Of a stretch of DNA of 64,000 bases, positions 52,201 to 64,000 are shown in pieces. A model generated the notes under the pieces. The model was given only the letters and a program-made list of their open reading frames with translations. It did no database searches and had not been told where the DNA came from. Positions within the stretch are counted from its first letter, which is position 1. Each line of letters opens with the position of its first letter. The translations under genes were made by a program, and so were the position numbers. Origin of the DNA: Callorhinchus milii (taxonomy: Eukaryota). The stretch spans positions 84,136,001 to 84,200,000 of the forward strand of contig NW_024704742.1 in assembly GCF_018977255.1 (NCBI RefSeq), written 5' to 3'.

Positions 52201-55200
52201 GCAGTGGATTCCATGAGCCAATGGCATGTTTCTGTTCCTACCTTATTATGTTCCTATGACCCTACATCTGCATTGGAAATGTAAAAAGGTATCAGTAACA
52301 AAGAAAGACTGTAAAGTACATAACAAGCTGAAATACTTTTACAATACATAACAGCAGGGAGTAATATCTTTGTTGAATGTGCCACTAATGAAAAAATCTT
52401 GTAAGGTTGACTGAATCCTGCCAGAATCCTTTGAGTGTAGTACAGCTCGTAACTCACTCGTTTATTTTACCAATGTTGTTTACTTCTTGTTATTGTTGTT
52501 AACTTAATGAAATAGACTTGCTAATATTTATTTATATTTTGCAAACAATTCTTAAAATGGTACCACTAAATAACCTGTGAAAAGCATGAATGTTCACTGT
52601 AGCAGTAAATGAGATCAATAACAGCTGAAACTTTGGAAAATTTTGTCTTTTAACCAAAAACGCATGAAGTGTAAATGAGCCCAACATTGGACATTTAATA
52701 GGATTTTCTTCCTTGGAGCAAATTTGTCACCTTACGTTTAATGAGAGGAAAGGCAAAAGTATGGAAACAGGTCGTTAGAAACAGAGTGTTGCATACAGTA
52801 GGGCATCTGCTGGAAATATCACATAAAATGCAGCTATTTCTTCAGGTTTGTTCGGTGATGGGTAATGATCAGTCTCTCTCGGATCAGCTGATTTGTCTTT
52901 GCTTTTACTGTCCAGTGCTGTGGGATTTATTTTATCACACTATGTCCACACTGAGTATCGATTGCTTTCTGGAGCATTTTCAGAATTGGAGCTGTGTTCC
53001 TGGGTTTCTGCCTTGCACACTGATATGCAATCTATTGATGGAGAAGATGGAGCCAGCTCTCAAAGGAGCACTGCTGAATGACAGGAATGCAGAACAACAG
53101 CAGCTGTTACCAACATTCCTCTCTGATTTTCTGCATGAATATGGATTTATCAGTTGAATCTAAAACTAGTCTTGAAGTGCTTCTTTTCACTATGCATTGC
53201 TCTATGTACTGCTACAAATTAGGTGTGGTTAAATCTGATGCCAAACTGACTCAGAGGCAAGAGTGAGGTCAGTTGAGACCTTGCCAACCTGAATATACAA
53301 CCTTAGTCCCAGTTTTCAGCTGCACAAGTTATGAGACTAGGAGTGCACATAAAACATGAATGACATAAACCAGCAGGTGACAACTCTAAGGTCAAAGATA
53401 ATGATTCTTCAGAGCCAGGAATGCAAAGCAAGTTGAGCAACGCTCTGAGCCAGTGCAAAGCAATTTGCATTTGAGTGATAAGAGTAATTGCTGGTCAGGG
53501 CAATAATTGAAAACATTGCTCGAATCATAGCCACCTGAAGATTAAAATCAAAGCTTCAATATCAAATCAGCAGAATGTTGGAAACCCAATGAGAGAGCCC
53601 CACTCTGGCCCTGATGCTCAGAAGAAGCCTTGGTTCCAACCTATGGAATAAACAGCACTGGAGAAACAATATTACTGGAGCATACCTAATAAACAAGTTT
53701 TAATGACTCAAATAATTTGAAACACAAGTGCTTTAGATCAAATCTGATTCATGGACTCAAATGGGATAGAGCAACTGACAGAGGCATAATCAACCCCGCT
53801 GCTCTCAAATCTCTTGCAGTTTTTCATTATTTACATAAACAGAGAAATATATGAAGCACATGTTATTTTCGCAGGACCAAAACACAACCCAACACACACT
53901 CTGAGGTCCCCAAGCCATGGCTCTTGCCAACCTGTGCCTATTACTTTCCGTTATTGGGTAAACAGGATGCATCTCTCCAGGGAGAGAGTGCGCATTCCAT
54001 TCCAACAATCTATCTCTGGAATTTCCATGTGTAGGTGGGATACATGGAAATCAGAGCTTGGTTTGGATACTCTTAAGCATAGTGATGGGTTTACGTATGA
54101 GTCAGACAAATGGCTGACCAAATAAAAAATTAACAGAGAAAATAAGAGAATATTGTAATCAAAGCAGCCCTCAACAGGTGCAAAACATTTTATCAACAAG
54201 AGATATTGCATCATATCGATCTGAATATGCCTTTGAAGTTCAGAAGATGAAAAGTATACAATATAATCTCTCCTGCAATAAAGTATATTGCCACACTCAT
54301 AGCAGTGAGAGGTTACTTTGCCAACTGATGAGCAAGTTTATTTTTGTTTGAGCCGATCTGGGACGAAAATATTTGTAGGGAACAGAAGTTGTCGGAAAGA
54401 CCGGAAACTAACTGCTCTGACACTGGTTCTGTCACTTAGTTGACAATCAACAACAACTTGCATTCACATAGCGCCCTCCACACTAGGCGGTGTCCCAGAG
54501 CACTTAACAATGGTGGAGCCCGATGCCGAGCCAGGGGAGGTGACCATGGATAGGTCGAAGAGGAAGGTCCTCAGGCGCAACCTGAAAATTTGGAAAGGGA
54601 GGACAAGGCAAAGGGATTGAGGGAGGGAGTTCCATAGCTTCGGGCATAGTGGCTGAAGGCGCGGCCGCTGATGGTGGAGGATTCATAGGAACAAGGAGCA
54701 GGTCGGAGCCAATAGATCGGTGGCAACGGGTACTGCTGTGGGGAGAAATGAGATTGGAGGAGATAGGGGGGGTGCCAAAGCGGAGGAATTTAAACACTAG
54801 AGTGAGGTTCTTGAATTTGATCTGTTCTGTGACAGGGAGCCAGTGGAGTTTGACAAGGACTGGAGAATCACGGTGTGGAGTTTGGTACGGGTGAGAATTG
54901 GGCGGCGGAGTTTTGATGAGTTGAATTTGTGAATAGTGAAAGAGGGGAGATGGCAAGGAGGACATTAAAGTAGTCCAGCTGAGAGGTGATGAAGATGTGG
55001 ACAAGCGTTTGGCAGCTTGTGAAATGAGGTATTGTCGGAGATGGGCAACGTGGCGGAGGTGGAGGAAAGTGGTCCCGATCAGGGACTGGGTGTGGCGAGG
55101 TAGGATAATTGGGGATTGAATCTGATGCCTAAATTGCGCACAGGTTCAGAGAGTTTTAAGGACAGATTGGGTAGGTTGAGGAGGTCTAAACTGCAGGAAT

Positions 55201-58200
55201 AAGACATCGACGGGAGCCAAAGTCTATGGATTCCGTCTTGTTGATGTTTTAACTGCAAGAAGTTTGCACTCAACCAGGCCTTGATGTCAGTCAGACAAGC
55301 TGACAGAACACAATTGGAGAGGAGAAGTACAGTTGAGTATCACCCCGTAACATGTGGAAGTTAACCCAGAGTCTGTGGATGACATCTCTGAGAGGGAGCA
55401 TATAGATAAGAAAGAGAAGGGGGTCAAGGATAGAGCCTTGGGGTACCCCACGGGTGACTGGGTGGAAGAGAGAAGAAAAAACATTTGCGGATATGTCGTG
55501 TTGGCGGTTTGTAAAATAGGACTCAAACCAAGAGAATGAGGTCTCACTGAGGTGGATAATGGAGGACAGACGGTGGAGGAGGATAGCGTGATCGACTGTG
55601 TCGAATGCAGCAGAGAGGTCCAGATAGAGGCGGACATCGTTTGTGATTTTCACGAGCGCTTCTCTGTACCGTGAGCAGAGCGGAAACTGGGGAGCTGGAT
55701 GATCAGCAGCTGGTGGGGAGGGGATTGAGATAGCCAGGCGGTGGGTTCATCAGGGTGATGGAGGATGAGAGGGAGGAAGGAGAGATGGGAAAGGAGGAAG
55801 GATAGGAGCAAAGGAATAATAATAATAATAATATAATAATAATCCCTTGCATTTGATATAGCGCTTTCACGTCGGGAGGACGTCCCAAAGCGCTTCACAG
55901 AACACACTGTAAAGTGAATTGACTGGTACATTTGTGGGCGAATGCGGCAGCCAATTGCGCACAGCAATGTCCCACAAACAGTCGTAGATTGAAATGACCA
56001 ATTTATTATTGTTTTTGGTTTGAAGGGATTATTATTAGGCGTGTGGAGTAAGGAAAATTGCCCCAAGGTTTCGCGCTGCCTGGAATTGAACTCAGGTCTC
56101 TCACTTGCAAAGTGAGTGCTCTAACCACTGAGCTACAGGACTCCTGTAAGATGGGGGCCCGTGGTAGGAGCTGGGGTGGGGGGTAGGGGGTGATGAATGA
56201 GACAGAAATGAGGGGTTGGTAGGGGACAAGGGACAGGAGGATGAGGCTGCCGGGCTGATGTTTTCTATTTTATGGGTAAGGAAGTCCATGATCTCTTCAC
56301 ACTTGGCGACTGATGTAATGATTGAGAGTGCTTGAGGAGGCTCACAGAGGAGGGGGTGGGTGGTGGAGAATAGGATTTGGGAGTTATTTTTGGCCTCCAG
56401 AATGATCTTTGAATGATACAGTTTTTGGTTGTGAGAGGGAGCAGTGGCAGGTACGAAGGTGCTCGAGCCAAAGCTGGTGGTGAACTGTGAGGCTGGTTTT
56501 CTGCCACCTGTGCTCGAGCAACCGGGTTTGTGATTTTAGGGAGCGGAGATGGCTGTTGTACCAGCGGGAGTGGGTGGGTTTGGAGACAGCCCTGGATTTC
56601 AGGGGGACAAGAGAGTTGAAAGGTGGAGGAGAGGGGATCATGGAGCAGCTTGACAGCTGCATCAGGGTAACTGCGGGTGGAAGAGGGAGAGGAGGTCTGA
56701 GGCATTTGTGAGGGATTCAGGGGAAGCCTTTTCCATGGGCGAAAAAAGGATGGTGGAGGGCTTGATGCAGAGGAAAGGGATGCGAGAGGAGAGGGAGATG
56801 AGTAAATGGTCTGAGATGGCCTTGTCTATGATGGACAGACCACAGATATTTAAGCCGTGGATGAAAACAAGGTCTAGGTGGTCGTTACGGTTGTGGTCGG
56901 GGAGTTTATATGGAGGTTGAGATTTAGATGGAGAGGAATGCAGTGAAGTCAGCGTAAGTGGGGCACGAGGAGTTGAGATGAAGGTTGAAGTCACCCCATG
57001 ATGACCAGGCATTCAGTGCAGAGGGATGGGGATGAGAGGAGATGTCCGTGAGGAAGGAGCCAAGAGGTTTGGGGGAGTGGTACATAAGGAGGATTCTTAA
57101 GGAGAGTGAGGAGGGATGGTGGAGGGTGAGGTGCTTGAAAGAGAGGAAACAGCCAGAGGAATAGAGGTATAGGTTAAGAAAGGTTGGGATACGAGAGCCA
57201 CCCCACCATCGTGATGGTTGGGGGGTGTGGTGGAATGTATAGCCGGGGAATTGGGAGGCTTCGGCGAATGGGATGGGGTTGCCTGGGGACAGCTAGATTA
57301 CTGTGAGCCCTAGGCTGTCAATATGCTCATCCAGCATCAGGTCGTGGATGGCCAGGGTTTTGTTTGAGAGGGAGCGGACGTTTTGGAGGGTGATGCGGGT
57401 GGGAGTGCTGATGGGATTGGATGCTGGAGGGAAGGGTTTGGGGGGTTTCAGATTGTGGAGGGAGAATGACTGTGGGGTTTGAGGAGGGAGGAGAGTTGTG
57501 AAGGGTGCAGATGTGGATGAGGGAAGGTTGTGGGTCCTGTGCGGTTTAAAAAAACGGCGTGTGGAAATGACGTCATGCAGGGGTTGGTTTAAGTGGGAGG
57601 TTTGAAATGGCCGTCTCTGTGCCCAGCCCGACCGCAAAAGACAACTTCCCGCTCGGTTTCCCGAGGCCCCGCTGCTCGCTGATTCACGACTGTGGCAATC
57701 AGCCTGAGGCAGTACTGGGAGAACATTTACAGCTTTGAGTTTCCATAGTTAAATAACTGTCAAAGTGAATGTAGGTCTAGGTGTATTTCTCAAGCGAAAA
57801 GTCCAGAATTTGTTTTAATGACCTTTCTTCTAATGATGTTTTTATTGTGCTTCTATGAAATTTTGCACAGTAAAACTTGCTTATACCAGACACACGATCA
57901 ATAGAGAGGTTTGATGAAGAAGGCTCTTTGATCCATTTGACCCTGTTAATCCTGCAAGCCAAGCACTAATGGGTAGGGTGGTCTTAGCTGGACAAGCAGC
58001 GGGAAAGCTTGCTATCAACGGCAAGCTATGCGGTTTTAGCTGCTTAGACTCCCGCAGCACCCCATACTCTGGGGTCCCCAAGCCTTGGCTCTTGCCAACC
58101 CGCGCCTAATACTTTCCAGAATTATGTAAGCAGGATGGGTCCCTCCAGAGAGAGAGCGCGTTCCATTCCAACAATCTATCTCTGGGATTTCCACGTGTAG

Positions 58201-61200
58201 GTGGGATGCATGGAAATCTCAGCTTGGTTTGGATATTCTTAAACATAGTGATGGTTTCCACATGTGTTAGGCTGAGCCCCCAAAAATCTATTTAATATTC
58301 TCCTTCGAGAACACCCGCCCTAAACATCCTTCCATTCTTTCACAACATCAAGCTGTTCCTTAAATGAGAGAATGTCCCGGCCTTAACCGCCCTTACCAGA
58401 CTTTAAAGAAAAGGAAGCTTCTCTCGGGATAATGGCAAGCAATCCCCCAAAGGAAAAAGGTAATTAACTTCGTGAATGTTTGTGGGACATTGCTTTGTGC
58501 AGGGTTTTGAGAATTTTCAATACAATAAGGGGTTATAAGAATGCAAGTCCTTTCCTTTGAGATGTTAAACTGAGGTGCCTCTACCTGTTCAGGTGGATGT
58601 TAAAGATCCCATGGCATTAATTGAAAGAGAAGGAAGTTTCTCCAGGTGTCCTGGCCAACAAATCCTTCAAATAAAATTGGTCATTCACTTCAGGGCTGTT
58701 TGTGGGACACTACTGTATTGTTGTGTTTCACCCACAAAACACAGTCAAACGACTTAATAATATATCCTCTGAAGCACTTTGAAACGTCTCAACGACGTGA
58801 TAAGGCTCTTTATCAAATGCAATGATTAGTATTTTTATTATTATTATTATAGCCAGTCAGAGGTTAGTCATATAATTTAATGAACAAACTTAAGAAAATT
58901 GATAAATTGGTTTTCTGTTTATATTGGAGCAGGCAGGCAGCTATTGAACTGATAGTAATAGAGTCCAGCCAGGTTGTTGAAACAAGCATCTTTAATCTCG
59001 TAAAGACAAACAATGTGCCTACATAAAAAGATGGACAGAAATAGTTTTGAAAAGCAAATGTTTATTTAAGTATTTTAATTCAACTTATTTTACTAGGTGG
59101 AATTGATATTACAATAATAGACCTGCATTTCATATTAGTGTAATGTGTCACTGTAATATAGAAGTGTATAAAACAGGAAAACAACAACACGAATAACAAC
59201 AACAAATTACATTCGTATGGTGCCTTTCATGTCGGGAGGACGTCCCAAGGCACTGAGGCAAACAAATGGGCTAAATGGATCCTTTCTTCAAAGAGTCAGC
59301 ACAATGGGCTGAAAGGTCTATTTCCCCTGGTATAAACAAGTAAATTCCTGTAATTCTAACATTTATTTGTTTCAATGTCATAATCCCACAAGTGGCCAGC
59401 CCACAGAGGGGTTATTTACTGAGAGCGACTATCAGTCTGAGGGTTTTGAAACAAATAAAAAACAGACATCTTTTTAAAATTAAACCTCTTTCAAATATCC
59501 AGCATTTTTCTGCTTTTGATTTCAGATTCCCAGCTTGCATGTTTTTTTTCTTTTGATCTCAAACAATGGGTGAACATGAGGCTCAAAGCATTGTACTAAT
59601 GTCTGCACGAAATTTCCCTTTATCCCATGTGTGGTGCTCGTGAGCGGTTTAGTTACTCCCTCATGGAACAATTTGTGTGTTCAACATACAGACCATGACT
59701 GGTAAAAAACGTTCTGCCTTTGAAAGCAATAAAATGACCATCACTATATAAGATCCTACAAACAACAACAACAACATTACATTTATAGAGCCCCTTTCAC
59801 GTCGGGAGGACGTCCCAAAGCGCTGAACAGTCAGATGTCAGGGCCCGAGCATGGGGGAGGGGTGGTGTAGGGGTGAGGGAAGGCAGCGAGGTGGGAGAGA
59901 GACCAAAGGCACGGTCGAAGAGAAGGGTCTTGGGACCGGCCTTGAAGGAGGCAAGGGAGGAAGCGAGGCGAAGGCACCGTGGGATGAGTTCCAGAGTGTG
60001 GGGGCAGAGAGGCTGAAAGCCCGGCCACCGATGGTAGGGCGGGACGTACTGTGTCAGCTTTTTCAGCCCTCTGGTACCTTATCCAAGGGCCAAGGAGGAT
60101 GATGACTTTACTTCCAATACCATAGGGGTATGCCGTCGATATGTTCTTTTAACTGCTTTATCTTTAGTCAGTAGAAGTATTCAGCCAGATTCATCTTTTT
60201 TTCTTGTTTCAGTTATGAGAATCCTTAAAACAACAAGTCTAAAATAAAACAGCCACAAGCCTCTGACTGATGTGTCAGATTAACCCCTATCCTCTTCCCT
60301 CCCTCACCATGCAAAAACAACAAATGCAGCCTGATGGATGGGCTTTGGCAGTCGTGCAAGAAGACAATGAAGTAGCAGATGTTTCAGTTTGCTGTCTCCA
60401 GAGGACTCTCCTGGCAGCCTGTTTCCCTACAAGTAGGAGAATCCCATGAAGGAGGAGACAGTGAAAATCATGGGATTAATGCAGGTGTCCTCAGTTCATC
60501 GTGATCTTCCCAGTTAAGGATTTTAGATTGTGTTGGTTATTGGGATTTGTCCCCTTAGGAACACAGGAACAGGAGTAGGCCATTCAGCCCCTCAAGTCTG
60601 TACCACCATTCTATTAGATCATGGCTGATCTGTACCTCAACTCTAATTACTTGCCTTTGCCCCATGTCCCTTGATACCCTTACCTAACAAAAATAAAATG
60701 TTGAACTGCCACTAACCCAACGTTAAGTAAACAAATGCGCTTAGTCTCAGGATAAATGAATAAAGCTTTTTCTGTTGCACAAACAGCAATGAAGACAAGA
60801 TTGGTTTGGATGCAGAAGATCCTTCGGCTTATTTGGTCGCATCGTACCTGAATACCCCACTAATGTCTTTCCATCATAGCATCAAACTATTTTAAACGAA
60901 TCTAATCTGGCTTTACCAAGTTTGCTTTGGTCACCAAGTCTTCATGATATGATTCCCGTATTCTTGATTATTAGTTATTTCAATGGCAATAGTGGGTAGT
61001 GGGAAATAGCCCTCTCAACATTAACACCCAGTTAGTGGTGTTATTTGGATATTCTGAGGGTTTGAGGATTGAGGCATGTCAGCGTGGCTCAATTGGTAAT
61101 ACTGTGGCCTCTGAGTCAGAAGGTTGTAGGTTCAGGCCCCATGTCAGGACTTTCAACTCACACGGGCTAGACTGACACTTCTATGCAGTGCTGAGGGTGT

Positions 61201-64000
61201 GTTACATTGTTGGAGGTACTGTCCTTCGGATGAGACATTAAATTGATTATCATTTGCCTGTTCAAATAGTTATTAAAAATCCTATGACATAGTCTGGTGT
61301 CCTGAACAACTCCACCCTCACCCCCTACCCTCCAGATATAATTGGTCATTCACTTCATGGCCGTTTGAGGAATATTGCATTATTGCGGTGAGCAAAAATG
61401 GCTACAATGTTCGCCCACAAAAATACAATCACACCACTTTAGATTAAAATCCAGTGAAGCGTTTTGAGACGTCTTCCCAACTTGAAAGGTACAAGATCAA
61501 ATGAAAGGATTATTATAGAATATTTTCAATATCTGTTTAGCTCTGCACTGAATAATTACTGCAAGTAATCCTCTTATTCCCTGATCTTTTGAGGCATTTG
61601 CTCACCAGTTGATGACTGGACTAGATTATTATGGACTAGATGTTATTTCCGCCAGCAGGCTTGAGTCAATATGTGCAGCGACATTCTGTTGGGTCACCAA
61701 TAAGTCTGGTTTACGCACATCGAAATTAGATCCCTCTATCACACAACAATTGTTATAAGCGTCAAAATCCAGCTACTTTGCACATCAATAAGTGTATCGG
61801 ATAGCTGCAGGATTCCAGAGAAGCCACAAGAGATAAAAAGAAACGCAGTGTATGAAAACTCCAGAATCTGTAATTTGTCAGCCCAGGGGAATCATGACAC
61901 CAGGGCGTATTTCTTTACCCAGAGCATAGTTAATGACTGGAACAGGTTGCCAGGAATGGTTGGTGAATCCAGGCGCTTGACTCATTTGAAAACAGTCCGA
62001 TGCTGTGATTTTTTTAGGATCAGCAGGGTGTCCGACACATGCGTAAACACATCACAATACTTAAAAGTATCCAAACCAGACTGAGAGTTCCACATATGTA
62101 CGCCACCCCACACATGGAAACATTCCTGTGTCTGGAATGGAATGCACACTCAACAACAACAAAAACAACAACTTGCATTTATATAGCACCCCTCATACAG
62201 GGTAGCGTCCCAGAGCGCTTGACAGTGGCGGAGCATGTTGCTGAGCCGTGGGGAGGTAGGCACAGTCGAAGAGAATAGTGGATTTGAAGATTGGGCCAGA
62301 GGGGCAAGTGGAGGATAGCAGAAGAGTGTTCCAGAGTTTCAGGATGTAGTGGATGAATGTGTAGCCACTGATGGGACAAGCAGGAGTATGGAGCCAGTCG
62401 AGCAAAGACAGTAGGTATTGGGTTGGGGAATAAACAGGTCAGAGAGGTAGGGAGATGCCAGGGCATGAAGGGATTTGAAGACGAGTGTGAGGATCTTGAA
62501 ATTGAACGTTTGGGAATAGGAACAACAACAACAAGATTCCATTTATAAAGCGCCTTTCACGTCAGGAGGACGTCCCAAGGCGCTGCACAGTTGGAAGCCT
62601 GTGGAGCCTGGCTAGAACTGGTGTGAAGGGGTACAAAGTTAGTGCGGGTGAATATGCGGGTGACAGAGTTATGGATTAACTGGATTTTGTGGATAGTGGA
62701 GCTGGGGAGACCGATGAGGAGGACATTTGAGTAGTCGAGGCGGGAGGTGACGAATCATGGACTCCTTCCGTGGAGGGACACATCTTGCTTATTTCATTCC
62801 AGAGAGTATTAGCAAGAGCCAACCTTTGGGGACACCAGAATGTCGTTGGGTGCTGTGATGATAGGGTTGACATTCTGGAGGGAGAGATCAAATGGGTCCA
62901 TAACCTGACAGGAAGAGGGAAAGAGGATTTTGCTCCTTCACTACAGTGACAGAAAGAAGATACTGAGGGAACTCTCATTCAACAAGAAATATCCCTTTCT
63001 TGCAGTGAGATATTAGCCCATTTGGGCATACTTTCCACAATTTCTCTCACTTATGCAATGGGTTGACTGTATTTTAATTTCGAAATAAAATCAATATGCT
63101 AAGAAATAAAGCCCAATTCAGTCAATATCGTATCATTTCTCCAAATTATTATTTTCTAATAATGATTCATGCTGATTTTCCGCTTTCTCGCTCGCCCTAA
63201 GAACTAATGAATCAGTCAGATGCAAAGCCACAGATTGTTTTGGGGATTTGAAACCATGCCCATCTGGCTGGGAAATGGTCAGTGTGCCCTTCCTGCCTCT
63301 TTGAAGTAATATTGAAGAAATATCAGGTCAAGGTGGCCTACTGGGTCCTGTCTATTGAAACATTTTCTGCTGATCTCAGATTTATAGGGTATAGTGTATA
63401 ACCAGCTGTTCTTTTTATGGGTGCAGGTCTGTTCATTGCTGCCAGTAAATCACATTGAAAACAGTGCATTCACCTCATTGTTGTAAGGGACCCCGAAGAG
63501 GTAATATGGTCCACTGTGATAGTCGTCTGCAAGTTTCTTACGCTCACATACACACAAACTCCTTCATGCCCTAGTACCTGCCTATTTCTTTGACTTTCTT
63601 GTACCCCACTCCTCTGCCATCGCCCCACTTCAATCAGCTAAAACAGACTTACTGTGCACGCTCTGATCCCTCTGCACCTCACCCCGTTTATCATTAAATC
63701 CCACTGTAAAACCCACCTCTTCGACTGCACGTATGATCACCACCCCCTCCCCATTCTCCCTTGCTTGTGGTCCACCACTGCCACAGTGAAACCCTCCGAG
63801 ATATTATCCTACACAATGGGCGCTATATAAATGCAAATTGTTGTCGTCGTACGCCTCTGCCATTCATTAGATTTTCAGCTGCAAAGGGATTTTACTGAAA
63901 AGATTCTTCACCAGCATGTGGAGGATGTGAATTACAACAATTTAATGGAAAACTAATAAATAGCGTTCAGTCATCATCTGGTGCAAGAAGAGTACCCCGG
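49248..64000 (+). repeat. Copy B of ~14.8 kb duplication, running off the window end; carries second copies of all repeats listed within copy A
   Basis: Collinear near-identity with 2885-17732, with scattered SNPs, many 1-nt indels and a few 14-23 nt indels. Confidence 0.97.

Overview
Vertebrate genomic DNA. The repeat families and a kringle-containing MuSK point to a cartilaginous fish, possibly a holocephalan; this is inference. The only host gene I can support is the 3' half of MUSK (muscle-specific receptor tyrosine kinase) on the minus strand. Five coding exons lie at 48433-48275 (kringle C-half), 47144-46964 (TM), 45805-45614 (NPMY juxtamembrane and kinase start), 33160-33012 and 24856-24174 (kinase, stop), followed by a probable ~2 kb 3'UTR. 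The gene is cut off at a 30-N gap (49147-49176). After the gap, 49248-64000 is a near-identical direct copy of 2885-17732, most likely an uncollapsed haplotype or false duplication, though a real tandem duplication is not excluded. The rest is dense with decayed retroposons: L2-clade LINEs with (TTG)n tails, CR1 fragments, two tRNA-derived SINE types sharing the L2 3' stem-loop, and an unclassified A-tailed repeat. I see no prokaryote-type system and no clearly novel gene system. The most notable items are the duplication, an apparent 1-nt frameshift in the kringle exon, a 146-bp intronic hairpin, modular SINE/LINE tail sharing, and a CpG-rich divergent patch between the two copies. Repeat boundaries were read by eye and are approximate.
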